A stretch of DNA of 64,000 nt. Source: an uncultured Acidimicrobiia bacterium (GTDB lineage Bacteria; Acidobacteriota; Terriglobia; Versatilivoradales; Versatilivoraceae). The notes beneath the pieces were generated by a model. The model was given only the letters and a program-made list of their open reading frames with translations, had not been told where the DNA came from and searched no databases. This document shows, piece by piece, positions 12,143-24,167 of the stretch. Position 1 is the stretch's first letter; each line of letters begins with the position of its first letter. The stretch spans positions 64,001 to 128,000 of the forward strand of contig CAWBAT010000006.1 of the NCBI GenBank assembly GCA_963786955.1. The letters are read 5' to 3'. The translations under genes and the position numbers were made by a program.

Positions 12143-12702
12143 GAATCCACCTCCACAGTGATTGTTATTGAAATATTGAATTTAGGGGAACCTCTTGAAC
12201 TTGGGTGCTGAACAATATTTCAAATATCACAGATTAATGCGGGCGGGCAAATCTAATTTCACTCGGGTGAGGTAATTGGCACCGAACAGATCAGAGATTC
12301 GTTACAAGACTCTCAAGCATTGTTTTCACAGCTATAGTCACACGCTTCCCGGCAATCTTTGCAGTAATAATATCCATCCCCACAGAGCCGGATCTGGTAG
12401 TCAGTCTGACAAAGCACACAGAACCTGTCACATTTACAATTTTCTTCAGTTTCTGTACACAAATTGCATTTAAACATCTATTTCTCCTTGTAGACCTGAT
12501 GGATGAGTCTCAAGGTGTAGCTGAGCTCATCGGACCCTATCATGTATACAATCGGTCGGTTCAGCATTTTACTTTTGCAAATTAGAAATTGGAATTCCCG
12601 GTCGGACTACTCAATTGGAATGTCGAGGTATAAGGTGTTTCAGTAGGGACTCGATTCGTGGATTGCAAGTACTGCTCCTCCACCTTGATATCATGCCGCG
12701 TT

Positions 12703-13383
12703 TCATGCACGGAAATGGTGGGACACAACTATGGCACAAAATGTAGCGAAGGCGAGGAGAATGAAGCCAAAGGTCCCGTTGACGAGGCGGAAGAAGCTCG
12801 GGCCGAGGCGATGGGGCATGAAGCGAACAACTAAGGTCAGCGTGGTGAACCAGGTCATCAGGCCGGCGGCGGCCATCAGGATTCCCAATTCGGGAGCTTT
12901 AGAGCCGAAGATGGAATGGGCGAAAGGGAGCCAATTCGATGTGACACCAACCCAGTAAATCATTGTTGCTGGGTTCAAAAGGGTCAGGGCGATTCCGGCG
13001 GCGACGTCTGCGGTCAGATGCGCGGGGACAGTGCCTTCGTCCCAGCGTTTGCGAGCACCGGCGTAGGCGCGGAGTGGTTCCTTGACGGCGCGGAAAAGAA
13101 AGTAGACACCCAGCGGAAGTAAGACAATTACGCCGATAGCCGCGAGGACCGTCTGGAGAGTCTGGTTAGACAGGTCGCTGAAGAGGTATTGACCACCGAG
13201 GAGGGACAGGGAGAAAAGGATCAGATCTCCGGCAACCGAACCGATTCCGCAGGCAAGGGTATGGCGCCAGCCGCCGATCATGCCGCGGCGGACGGCCAGC
13301 ATGTTGACCGGGCCCATCGGCGCTGCCGAAGCCAATCCCATGAGGTATGCGCCCGCAAGTACGTGGACGTTGGAGACAAACAT
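12703..13383 (-). CDS. LysE/RhtB family amino-acid exporter
   Basis: N-terminal GLASAAPMGPVN, LTLLNP motif and about six hydrophobic helices. Confidence 0.85.
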   Translation of the reverse strand: MFVSNVHVLAGAYLMGLASAAPMGPVNMLAVRRGMIGGWRHTLACGIGSVAGDLILFSLSLLGGQYLFSDLSNQTLQTVLAAIGVIVLLPLGVYFLFRAVKEPLRAYAGARKRWDEGTVPAHLTADVAAGIALTLLNPATMIYWVGVTSNWLPFAHSIFGSKAPELGILMAAAGLMTWFTTLTLVVRFMPHRLGPSFFRLVNGTFGFILLAFATFCAIVVSHHFRA

Positions 13384-13751
13384 ACAATGACCTAAGATTG
13401 GTAAGCTAAGACTGTTTCATGGCTTGATGGTCAGCGCTCGAGCCAATCCTGCTCCCGCATTGTAGTGGCCATTTATGATGTCCATCTTATGAGCAGATCA
13501 TCGATTCGGGTAAGCTTAAACCGATTTCACTACCCGCCCGGAGTCCTGTCCGATGCGGCCACGTGCAAAGCTAGGTCAGCTCTGTTGTAGAGACCTTCCT
13601 CACTAAACAGATTTTCCTCGCACAGTCTTCCCTGAAACAGACCCTAAAGAATATCTCATTTGCTCGCAAGAGGGGGGAGTAATCAGGCCAATCGGGGACT
13701 ACGATTCAAGCAGAAACTCAGGAAATTATAAGCTATGATATCTTTATCCGA

Positions 13752-16700
13752 TTGAGTTTCTTGACTATAGACCCGACTGAAATGCCAAAACGCCTAATGC
13801 GACTTACTTTCTCTAAGCCCTCGCTCATCCCTGTGATGCTGCTTGCAACGGCGACGTTCTTCGGCTTGTATTCTCGTGCCGCAGAGCAGCCGGTTCAAAA
13901 ATATCCCTCCTTTGAATCGGAAGTTCTTCCCATCTTTCAGGCCAACTGTCTGCATTGCCATGGCAATGTTCAAGGGCAGAAAGGTTTGGACTTGACGTCC
14001 CGGGACAGCGCCTTGAAGGGTGGAGAATCTGGCCCATCCATATTTCCAGGGTCGCCAGCAAAGAGTTTGTTGATTCAAAAAGTATCCTCTGGGGTGATGC
14101 CCCCAGGCAGCAATAAGTTGAGCTCTGCGGACATTGAAACGATTCGCCGTTGGATTGAGGCCGGGGCACTAAAGGATGGAGAAGAACCGGGGAGCGCCAA
14201 GCAGAACCTCCAGAACAGGCAAGTTACCGAACGGGAGGTTCTGGTGAGCATTCTCCACGTGAAATGCCTGGTTTGCCACGGGAAACAGGTCGCCGAAGCA
14301 GGACTGGATATGAGGACACGTGACGGCTTACTAAAGGGAGGGAAATCTGGCCCGGCCATTATTCTCGGTAAGCCTGAACAAAGCCTTCTAATCAAGCACA
14401 TCGCCGATGGTCATCCTTCCCCAGAGATGCAAAATGAATATTTTGTGAGGCCCGTAACTTCCGACGAAGCGGGGAAATTGTCCGCGTGGATCGCGGCGGG
14501 CGCTCCGCCCGAAATAGACGACGTGTTGCGTGTCGCGGATGGACCCGACCCGTTGGTGCGGGAGAACGACCGAAAGTTCTGGTCTTTCCAGCCTCCAAAA
14601 AGAGGCGAGGTCCCAAGGATACGAAGCCAAAACCTCGTCCGGACCCCCATTGATGCATTCTTGCTGGATAAACTGGAGGCCAAGGGACTGAGCTTTTCGT
14701 CGGAGGCAGCTCCTTTAACTCTGCTTCGGCGTGCCTATTTTGACCTGATCGGTCTGCCTCCCGATCCTGAAGAAGTTCAGGTTTACCTCAAGGATCAAAG
14801 CCCGGGGGCCTACGAGCGTTTGATCGACCGGCTTCTAGCCTCTCCACAATACGGCGAGCGTTGGGCACGATTTTGGCTGGAAGCGGCAGGTTATGCAGAC
14901 TCGGAAGGAGGAGGGGGTGACTCCATTCGGCCCCACGCTTACCGTTATCGTGACTACGTCATTCGTTCGCTCAATGCAGACAAACCTTACGATCAATTTC
15001 TATTGGAGCAGATTGCCGGGGACGAATTGTTCGACTACAAGACGATTCAAGAGCCCACTCCGGTTCAGTTGGATTATCTCGTCGCGACAGGCTTCCTGCG
15101 GATGACTCCAGACCGAACACACGAACACGATGCAAACTTCGTCCCTACGCGATTGGAGACCGTTGCGGACTCGGTGGAAATGCTGAGTGCGAGCGTGTTG
15201 GGTCTCACTATGGGTTGCGCACGTTGCCATAGTCACAAGTTTGATCCGATTCCGCAACGCGATTACTATCGTTTCAGCGCTATTTTGCGAACGGCTTATG
15301 ACCCTTACGACTGGTTGATCCCCAATAAGCTCTTAGGAGGGAACCAAAAGCGTGAGCCTCCCGAACGCTATTTAATGAGCGTGCCTGAAAAGGAACGTCG
15401 AGAAGTTGAGGCCTATAATGCTCCGATCCTGGCCGAGAACGCAAAACTAGAACGCTCTTTGAAAGAACTGGCCAAGCCCTGGGAAGAAAAAATCCTTGCG
15501 GAAAATCTCACTCGAGTGCCAGCCGAGTCGAGGGTAGAGGTCAGGAAAGCCTTTGAAACACCTAAGGAAACGCGCACGACACTTCAGAAGGATCTCCTTG
15601 AGAAGTTCCAGCTTCCCGTTGAAGTAACACAGCAAGATCTAAAGGAGAGGTTTAAGGGTTTTAAGGAGCAGTCGGAAAAGCTCAACAAGACCATTGAACA
15701 GGCCAAGAACCAGTCGCGACCGCAGCCTCGAATCAGGGCGCTTTTCGATATGGGAGGTGAACCCACTCCCACCCGCATCCTTTTGCGAGGGGATCCTGCG
15801 AACCCTGGACAGCGGGTGGAGGCTGGCGTCCCGTCGGCGTTGCGGGAAGGGATTGCTCCGTACACCAGTTATTAAACCAATTGGTCAACAGGCACCAGTG
15901 GTTATCGCCTGGCTCTGGCCCGTTGGCTAATCCAACCGAATCATCCGCTCACCAGCCGGGTCATCGTCAACCGGATTTGGCAACAGCATTTTGGAAATGG
16001 AATCATCGCTACGCCGGAAAACTTTGGCCACCTGGGGGCAAAGCCTACTCATCCCGAACTTCTGGATTGGCTGGCAACGGAATTTGTCCAGCAAAAGTGG
16101 AGCATCAAAACTCTGCACAAACTAATCATGACTTCGAGCGCGTACCGGCAGAGGTTCACATTTTGACCCGTAGCGATGTCGGAAAAAGATCCGGATAATG
16201 CTCTGTTGTCGAGGTTTCCAATCCGCCGGATGGACGGGGATCAGATTCGAGATTCCATACTCAAAGTCTCGGGGCGTCTCGATTTGACCCCTTTTGGCCC
16301 GCCGGAAGGAGTCGAGGTAACCGCGGAAGGAGAGGTACTGAGCAAAGCGACTCCCACTGCTTGTGGGGGTTCGGTTTGTCTGGTTCCTGCCGTTCAGAGT
16401 GAAGTTCGCCGCAGTATCTACACGCTCGTTCGCCGGGAGACACCGCTCACTCTGTTGGAAGTTTTTGATGCTCCACAGCTACAGCCCAATTGTCTCAAGC
16501 GAGGCTATTCCACCGTCGCAACCCAGGCCCTGCAATTGTTGAATGGTAATATGATTCGGGAAAGCGCACGTTATTTTGCGGGCCGGACAATTGATTGGAT
16601 ATCCTATAACGTGGAACAGCAAGTGGAGCGCGTGTATCGGGTCGCATTGTCGCGTCCGCCAACCCAACAGGAAATTAAGCTCGGTGTGGAAGCGGTGCAG

Positions 16701-16839
16701 AATTTGACCCGTCAATGGTTCGAGCAACTCCAGAAAGGAAATGCCCGCTGAGCCTCGGCAAACCAAAGCCCAATGGCTAGGGCTGGCCAGTTTCTGCCAT
16801 ATTATTCTGAATTCGCCTGATTTTATTTACATCGACTAG
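13752..16839 (+). CDS. Planctomycete cytochrome C + DUF1549 (PSD1) + DUF1553 (PSCyt2) protein, frameshifted
   Basis: CLHCH and CLVCH domains, [28 protein letters not shown]; other frames give [32 protein letters not shown] and the ending [10 protein letters not shown]. Confidence 0.88.
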
Positions 16840-16852
16840 GAGGAGTCGCGTC

Positions 16853-18340
16853 ATGCTGCTGAAAAATCGTGCGGAGACTGAATTCAAGCAAACTCCCCAA
16901 TCCGAGCCTTCTCGCCGGGATTTTTTCTCGCAGGTTGGGTGATGGACTCTATGGAGCTGCCTTAGCCCGGCTATTTCAGGCGGACCTGTTCTCCCCGAGT
17001 ACAGCTTTGGCTGCTGTGCCGGAAATAAACGATGTGAAACCTCGTGCCCCTCATTTTTCCGCAAAGGCAAAGTCTGTCATCCAACTTTTCATGCACGGCG
17101 GTCCCAGCCAAGTAGATCTATTTGACCCTAAGCCGTTGTTGGAAAAACATGCTGGGCAGCCTCCTTCGCGTGAAATTGCGAACAATATCTTGTTCGTGAG
17201 TAACGCAGGGGGCATGATGCCGTCCCCCTTCAGATTTGCTAAGCAAGGGCAATCCGGAATGGAGATTTCTGAGATTATACCTTACTTGGCGAATCATGTG
17301 GACGATATTGGCTTGATTCGTTCCATGTTCACAACCAATTTCACTCACGGCCCGGCAGTGTTTCTGATGCATGGGGGGCGAATTTTCCCGGATCGCCCTA
17401 CGCTCGGCGCCTGGGTCGTTTACGGGTTAGGGAGCGAGAACCAAAACTTGCCGGCGTACGTCGTTTTGGACGATCCGAAGGGACTCCCGACGGTGGGGAT
17501 CCGAAATTGGCAGTCTGGGTGGCTGCCCCCAACCTGTCAAGGCACGCGATCTGCGCTCAACGGGTTCTCCAATGTTGAATTTGCGGCCTCCGGATGGTAT
17601 GCCTAAAGGTGTCCTGGAACTGGAGCGTTCACTCTTAGCCAAGCTAGCTACTGCCCATCGGGAGAGCCGTCCCGGCGCGCCGGATTTGGAAGCCCGCATC
17701 GCCAGCTATGAGTTGGCGGCGCGGATGCAGTTGTCTGCCACCGATGCCCTCGACTTGTCACAGGAAAGTGAATCGACACAGGAAATGTACGGGCTCAATG
17801 ATGAGCTGACATCCTCTTATGGCCGGCGGTGTTTGATGGCCCGCCGCTTGGTAGAACGAGGCGTGCGACATGGTGCAGATTTTTGTTGAATCGCAAATTT
17901 GGGATAACCATGCCGACCTCGAGCAAGGATTGAGATACAGCTGCGGCAAGACCGATAAACCTGTGGGCGCTCTCTTGACAGATCTGAAGCAGCGAGGATT
18001 ATACGATAGTACGCTGGTTGTCTGGGGCGGCGAGTTCGGACGTCTGCCACTTTCTCAGATACAACCGGGAAGAGAGAAAAGTGCCGGCCGCGATCATGGT
18101 CCGGCGGGGTTCACCGTCTGGATGGGTGGAGGAGGGATCAAAGGCGGAACAGTGTTTGGCGGCACAGACGAACTTGGTTACAAAGCTGTCGAGAATCCGG
18201 TGAGTGTGCATGATTTCCACGCCACCATCTTGCATCTTATGGGACTAGATTACACTAAGCTCGTTTACAACCATCACGGCCTGAATGAAAAGCTCACCGG
18301 CCAGGAACCTGCCCGCGTCATCAACGAAATCCTGGCTTGA
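16853..18340 (+). CDS. DUF1501 domain protein, frameshifted
   Basis: AKSVIQLFMHGGPSQVDLFDPKP, RPTLGAWVVYGLGSEN, CLMARRLVERGVR, WDNH, GEFGR, GRDH, HDFHATILHLMG. Confidence 0.9.
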
Positions 18341-18403
18341 GCTATCGCATTCTCGTGGATACGGTAACACCTGGCAGGGTTAGAGCTTCGGAGGATACTG
18401 ACT

Positions 18404-18829
18404 GTGTCGACCTGGTTACACTGGGCCTTGTTGTCAGCCGTTTTTGCTGCCTTGACGGCTGTCTTCGCCAAGGTCGGGCTCGAAGGAATTGAATCCGATT
18501 TCGCGACATTGATTCGTACCGTCGTCATCACCTTGACTTTGGGCGCCTTGGTCTATGCCACCGGCAAGTGGCGGAGTCCGTTTGGAATCCCGGCAAAGTC
18601 GGGTACATTCCTCGTACTCTCCGCTCTGGCAACCGGGGCATCATGGGTCTGCTATTTCCGTGCGCTCAAGGTAGGTGATGCATCCAAGGTGGCGCCAGTG
18701 GATAAGCTCAGCGTGGTGCTCGTGGCGCTGTTCGCCGTGGTCTTTCTCGGTGAACGCCCTGCGTTGCGTGATTGGATGGGTATTGCCTTGGTGGGTAGCG
18801 GCGTGCTGCTGCTCAGTCTGCGTCGCTAA
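18404..18829 (+). CDS. EamA/DMT family transporter (single-domain type)
   Basis: WALLSAVFAALTAVFAKVG, SWVCYFRALK, ASKVAPVDKLSV. Confidence 0.9.
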   Translation: MSTWLHWALLSAVFAALTAVFAKVGLEGIESDFATLIRTVVITLTLGALVYATGKWRSPFGIPAKSGTFLVLSALATGASWVCYFRALKVGDASKVAPVDKLSVVLVALFAVVFLGERPALRDWMGIALVGSGVLLLSLRR

Positions 18830-18899
18830 TTAGGCAGAGGGACATGCACAAAGCCCCCCACAGCGAAAAAAGCTCTCGTTGGTAGCAGGAAGTTCGCAT

Positions 18900-18928
18900 C
18901 GAAGACATGCACCCGACGCATGTCTTCG
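18900..18928 (+). terminator. Stem-loop after the EamA gene
   Basis: CGAAGACATGC-ACCCGAC-GCATGTCTTCG, 11-bp stem; no U-tract. Confidence 0.4.
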
Positions 18929-19170
18929 CCACCCGGCGGGGCTACTAGGCTTTCGAATAGAAAATGAGAAATGAACATTGAACAATGATAAATTCGTCTC
19001 CTTTGAAAAACCCCTCTTGGTCAGAGAGGAGGGCTTTGGCCCTCAGAGTTGGGTAGTCGATTCGTCTCCACCGTGCTGTGTTTCTCCTATGGCTTGTTCC
19101 CACCCAGACACTTTTGTACGTTCAATTCCCTGCCCCCGATCTATTAATGACGCCACGATTTGCCCCTTGC

Positions 19171-19199
19171 TTGACACCCCCTAGAGCCTGTGCTAGCTT
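19171..19199 (+). promoter_or_regulatory. Sigma-70 promoter for gcvT
   Basis: TTGACA-N17-TAGCTT with extended -10 TG, about 35 nt before the ATG at 19234. Confidence 0.65.
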
Positions 19200-19233
19200 G
19201 GCCTTGGTTGAAGCTGAGTTCGTCTCAACGCCG

Positions 19234-20347
19234 ATGACTTCCAATACACCTCTAAAAAAAACCCCTCTCTATAGCCTGCACAAGGAACTTGGCGCCAAGA
19301 TGGCCGAGTTTGGCGGATGGGAGATGCCCATCGAATATTCGGGTATTACCCAGGAACATTTGGCCGTTCGCCATGCCGCCGGATTGTTCGACATCAGCCA
19401 CATGGGGCAAATCCTCATTGATGGCCCTGAAAGTCTGAACTTGCTTCAGCAAGTCACTTGTAATGACGTTTCCAATCTAAAAGAACAGCAGATTCATTAT
19501 TCCGCTCTCCTCTACCCGGAGGGCACTTTCGTAGACGACATCCTGGTGCACCGGGTCGGCCCCAATTCCTATCTACTCTGTGTCAACGCCTCGAATACAG
19601 ATAAAGATTTCAAATGGATTAGTCGCCACAACCGTTTTGATGCCCTCGCCTCCAATGTGAGTCCAGAATTACGCGCAATTGGCGCTCCAAGGCCCGAAAG
19701 CCGCTCCAGTTCTACAGACCTTAGTCGATATCGATCTCGGCAAAATCAAATATTACTGGCTCGGACTCGGCCGAATCCAAAATGTCGAATGCTTGTTTAC
19801 TCGAACAGGTTATACAGGTGAAGATGGTTTTGAAATTTACTGCGAGCCTGAGCTAGCCCAACAACTCTGGAATTTGATTCTCAAGTGCGGACAACAGGAA
19901 GGAGTCACCCCGGTTGGGCTCGGAGCACGGAACACCCTACGCTTGGAAGCCAAAATGGCTCTGTACGGCCACGAAATCTCCGAGACGATCACCCCCTGGG
20001 AAGCAGATTTGGGTTGGATCGTCAAACTCGATAAAGGAAATTTTGTGGGCCGCGAAGCGCTTATCCGTCAGAGGCAGTCGGGAATCCAGAAGAAATTGAT
20101 TGGATTTGAGGTGACCGGAAGAGGAATCGGACGCGACGGTTACCCGGTGCTGATCAATGGCGTCGAGGCGGGTTCTGTTACCAGCGGTGGTCCTTCCCCA
20201 TTCTTAAAGAAGAACATTGGTCTAGCCTATGTGCCCGTGGCAAACAGCAAAATTGGCACATCGATAGAGATCCGGGTAAGATCACAGCTCTGTTCCGCCA
20301 TCATTGTCGAGACACCTTTTTACAAACGAAAGACCGTTAGTCGTTAG
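19234..20347 (+). CDS. gcvT: Glycine cleavage system T protein (aminomethyltransferase), frameshift near 19670
   Basis: LKKTPLY, FGGWEMP, GLFDISHMG, ALQGP, RTGYTGEDGFE, GLGARNTLRLEA. Confidence 0.95.
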
Positions 20348-20404
20348 CCCAAAGACAATTGGCGCCATTCTTGATGCACTAATTTGTAAAGCTATTTCAA
20401 TATT

Positions 20405-20433
20405 TTGACAGGAAACTATTCAATCATTACTTT
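20405..20433 (+). promoter_or_regulatory. Internal sigma-70 promoter upstream of gcvH
   Basis: TTGACA-N17-TACTTT in the AT-rich gcvT-gcvH spacer. Confidence 0.55.
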
Positions 20434-20510
20434 ATGTATTTAAGATTCGTAGGTAGCAGACAGCCAGCAAAAAATTTCGTCTCTTGCCAATAGATTCTCA
20501 CGGAGGGCTC

Positions 20511-20903
20511 ATGAAATTCCCTGAAGATTGTCTTTATACGAGACAGCATGAGTGGGTTCGTTATTTGGATGGCGTCGCGACAGTTGGGATTACCGAGTAT
20601 GCGCAGCAAGAATTAGGAGACGTGGTTTTCGTCGAGCTGCCCAAAGTGGGCGACAGCTTCGACACCAATGAAACCTTTGCAAATGTGGAGTCCGTTAAAG
20701 CCGTGTCTGAGGTTTTTTGTCCCGCCGCGGGTGACATCGTCGAAATTAACGAGGAACTGGTAGACTTTCCGCAACACGTGAATGACGACCCCTATGGCGA
20801 CGGGTGGTTTCTCAAACTGAAACTGAACGACCCCAAGGAACTCGAGGACCTGCTAAAGCCTGAAGAATACGCCGAAATGGTGGCTGAGGAATCGGCAGAA
20901 TAG
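20511..20903 (+). CDS. gcvH: Glycine cleavage system H protein
   Basis: YTRQHEW, VGITEYAQQELGD, lipoyl-Lys motif ESVKAVS, NDDPYGDGW; RBS GGAGG. Confidence 0.96.
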   Translation: MKFPEDCLYTRQHEWVRYLDGVATVGITEYAQQELGDVVFVELPKVGDSFDTNETFANVESVKAVSEVFCPAAGDIVEINEELVDFPQHVNDDPYGDGWFLKLKLNDPKELEDLLKPEEYAEMVAEESAE

Positions 20904-22245
20904 ATGAGATATATCCCGAACGCCGCAGCAGATCAGGAAAGCATGCTTCGCGAAATGGGGCTTAGTTCGCTTGAAGAGCTCTTTTCGGGTGTTCCAAAAG
21001 ATATTCGGCTCACCCGGGCTCTCGCTCTTCCACCGCCCCACAGTGAGCCGGAACTGCTTGAACTCTTCCAAAGTTATGCTTGCCGGAATACTGCCGGGAT
21101 GACCAGTTTCCTGGGCGCAGGGGTTAATGAACACTTTATTCCCACCGTCATCGACAGTTTGATTTCGCGCGGAGAGTTTCTGACTTCCTACACGCCTTAT
21201 CAGCCGGAATTGGCGCAAGGAACCTTGCAGGCTATCTTTGAATTCCAGACCTTTATGTGCCAGCTCACCGGCATGGAAGTATCCAATGCTTCGATGTATG
21301 ACGGGAGCACGGCTTTGACTGAAGCGGTCCTGATGGGAGCTCGCGTCAGCCAAAGGAATCGACTGCTAGTTGCCTCATCCGTTCACCCGGAATACCGCGC
21401 TGTCGTCGCGACGACTATTCGACAGCAGGGACTCACTCTGGAGCTTATTGGATATGATGAAGACGGAAGAATCGACACCAGCCGTCTCGAAGCAGCCATG
21501 GGAAACGACATTGCTGCCATCGTTGTGCAGTCCCCAAATTTTTTCGGAAACCTGGAACCCCTAAAAGAACTTTCCGCGATCGCTCACAAGCATAGCGCCT
21601 TGTTGATTGTGACCGTGGCTGAAGCCTTGTCATTAGGAATCGTCACTCCTGCCGGCGAGGCCGGGGCAGACATTGTCTGCGGCGAAGCTCAGTCTCTCGG
21701 AGTTCCGGTGAGTTTTGGCGGACCTCATGTCGGTTTTCTCTGTTGCCGGGAGAAATCCCTTCGAAATCTTCCCGGGCGCCTGGCGGGGCAAACCGTCGAC
21801 CTTGACGGAAAACGCGGCTTTGTATTGACTCTTTCCACACGGGAACAACATATCCGCAGGGAAAAAGCCACTTCCAACATTTGCACGAACCAGAATCTGA
21901 TCGCTCTCATGTCTACGATTTATTGCAGTCTCCTGGGAAAAACCGGGATTCGGGAAGTGGCTCTGCAGAACGTCGCAAAGACCCAGTATGCACTTTCAGA
22001 AGTGCAGAAAGCCTCTTCAATTGAAAGTGCTTTTCGAAGGCCCGAGATTTAACGAATTCGTGGTTCGGCTGCCCTATTCGTACAACCAAATTTCATCAAA
22101 AGCCTTGAGTGCAGGAATCATTCCGGGGCTTCTATTGGAGCGATACTACCCGGAACTAAAGAATTGCCTGCTTATCTCGGTAACCGAAACCAAGAAGAAG
22201 ATTGCCATTGATCGATTGATTCATCTCCTGGAAGCAAATCACTAG
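20904..22245 (+). CDS. gcvPA: Glycine dehydrogenase subunit 1, frameshift near 22015
   Basis: MRYIP, EFLTSYTPYQPE, SNASMYDG, REQHIRREKATSNICTNQ; C-terminus in ORF 21988..22245. Confidence 0.95.
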
Positions 22246-22360
22246 GAGTAATTACATCAATTTCCATTCAACGTTTCTTCAGCATTCTTGATCCAAATGG
22301 CGTCCTCTCGCCGACTGCCCAACGCGAGAGCTGAGGCGGCGCAGGTATTTTGAAAGGCGG

Positions 22361-23854
22361 ATGTTGGCTATGAGTATCCGAAAATCGACGCCACACGTGG
22401 TCGCCAATGAAGGCCTGATCTTCGAACGCAATTCCCCTGGCAGAACCGGCTATTCCCTTCCGCCCTTGGATGTGCCGGCTCCGGATCTGACTTTAGCTTT
22501 GGGAGCGGAAAATGTCCGCCCCTTGATCGAGGAGTTCCCGGAGCTTAGCGAGATGGATGTCGTTCGCCATTTCACACGACTTTCCAGTTGGAATTACAGC
22601 ATCGACTCAGGGATGTACCCATTGGGTTCCTGTACGATGAAGTACAATCCTAGAATCAATGAACGGGTCGCCCGGCTCGACGCCATCGCTCATGCTCATC
22701 CCCTAACTCCCGAGATTCTGGTTCAAGGGAACTTGGAAATTCTAAAGACCCTGTCCGATTTTCTCGTGGAAATCACTGGGATGGATGCGGTCAGCTTGCA
22801 GCCCCCCGCGGGCGCAAGCGGAGAATTAACCGGTGTCTTGCTGATACGTGCCTGCCTGACTCAAAGAGGTAACCCCAGGAAGATAATCCTCATCCCCGAT
22901 TCGGCCCATGGGACTAACCCGGCCAGTGCGGCCATTGCCGGTTACACGGTCCAGCAGCTTAAGTCCGATTCACATGGTTGTGTCAGTGTCACTGCCTTGG
23001 AGGAGGCCATGACAGACGATGTGGCTGCCTTAATGCTGACCAATCCGAACACTCTGGGGATCTTTGAACGGGAGATATCGGCGATTTCCGAAGTGGTTCA
23101 CAGCCGCGGTGGGCTGATGTACATGGATGGCGCGAATATGAACGCTCTGCTCGGTGTGACTCGCCCCGGCGATTTCGGCATCGATGTCCTCCACATGAAC
23201 CTGCATAAGACTTTTTCAACGCCTCATGGTGGCGGAGGTCCAGGCTCCGGCCCGGTTGCAGTCAAGAAGATTCTAGAGCCCTTCTTGCCTTACCCCACTG
23301 TTGGAATGAATCCTGAGGGGAAATACTTCCTCGATTACAACCGTCCAGAATCCATTGGGAAAATGAAGGCTTTTTATGGCAATTTTCTCACCGCCGTGCG
23401 CGCGCTCTGCTATATTCTGGCCAATGGTGCCGAGGGTCTTAAGGAGACCAGCATGGTTGCAGTTCTGAACGCCAATTACATCAAGCATCACTTGAGAAAT
23501 CATTTTGAACTTCCCTATGACGAGCCTGTCCTGCATGAGGTTGTCTTTACAAACAAGCATCAAGCCAAGCATCAGCTAACAGTCATGGATATTGCGAAGC
23601 GACTCATTGATTATGGCTTTCACCCCCCGACAGTGGCTTTTCCACTGATTGTGTCTGGCGCTTTGATGATTGAACCCACGGAAACGGAAGGCAAAGAAGA
23701 GATTGATCTCTTCATCGAGGCCATGAAGTCCATCGCCGAGGAAGCTGAGAGTAACCCCGACCTGTTGCACCATGCCCCGCATACGACACGCTTAAAGAGA
23801 CTGGATGAAGTCCAGGCAGCCCGTCGACCCATTCTGCGCTGGAAAAGCGAGTAA
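22361..23854 (+). CDS. gcvPB: Glycine dehydrogenase subunit 2
   Basis: YPLGSCTMKYNP, SAHGTNPAS, PLP-Lys motif NLHKTFSTPHGGGGPG, MIEPTETE. Confidence 0.96.
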   Translation: MLAMSIRKSTPHVVANEGLIFERNSPGRTGYSLPPLDVPAPDLTLALGAENVRPLIEEFPELSEMDVVRHFTRLSSWNYSIDSGMYPLGSCTMKYNPRINERVARLDAIAHAHPLTPEILVQGNLEILKTLSDFLVEITGMDAVSLQPPAGASGELTGVLLIRACLTQRGNPRKIILIPDSAHGTNPASAAIAGYTVQQLKSDSHGCVSVTALEEAMTDDVAALMLTNPNTLGIFEREISAISEVVHSRGGLMYMDGANMNALLGVTRPGDFGIDVLHMNLHKTFSTPHGGGGPGSGPVAVKKILEPFLPYPTVGMNPEGKYFLDYNRPESIGKMKAFYGNFLTAVRALCYILANGAEGLKETSMVAVLNANYIKHHLRNHFELPYDEPVLHEVVFTNKHQAKHQLTVMDIAKRLIDYGFHPPTVAFPLIVSGALMIEPTETEGKEEIDLFIEAMKSIAEEAESNPDLLHHAPHTTRLKRLDEVQAARRPILRWKSE

Positions 23855-23880
23855 ATCTTAATATATCTCTCTCTTAGAAC

Positions 23881-24157
23881 GCGCGCGGGACCGCCGTCCC
23901 CCCGCGCGCATTCATCAGCATTAGTTAAGCGTGCGCAGGAGTGCCCGCTCCACCAAGTGACGCGGTCGATAATTGCAATTCAGGCCAGGAAAAGGTTGTT
24001 AAATCATTGATGTCTATTCCTTCTGTCAAGCGCTATTATGATAATATTGTTTATTCGAATGAGTCGTGACGACTTACAATAGTTTTGGGTGGAATGCGCG
24101 CTCCCGCGCGCATTCATCAAGCATTAGTTAAGCGTGCGCAGGAGTGCCCGCTCCACC
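23881..24157. repeat. REP/REPIN-like family A copies upstream of the RAYT gene
   Basis: Two copies (23881-23954, 24087-24157) share CGCGCGCATTCATCA(A)GCATTAGTTAAGCGTGCGCAGGAGTGCCCGCTCCACC; the full unit is bounded by GGTGGA...TCCACC. Confidence 0.85.
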
Positions 24158-24167
24158 TTGGCCAAAA

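Noticed and set aside
18830-19233. Glycine riboswitch upstream of gcvT
   Set aside because: No GGAGA...CCGAAG...CTCTCAGG core is visible, and the promoter sits immediately before the start codon.
20360-20375. Sigma-54 site before gcvH (TGGCGCCATTCTTGAT)
   Set aside because: The -12 element is GA rather than GC, and a better sigma-70 match lies just downstream.
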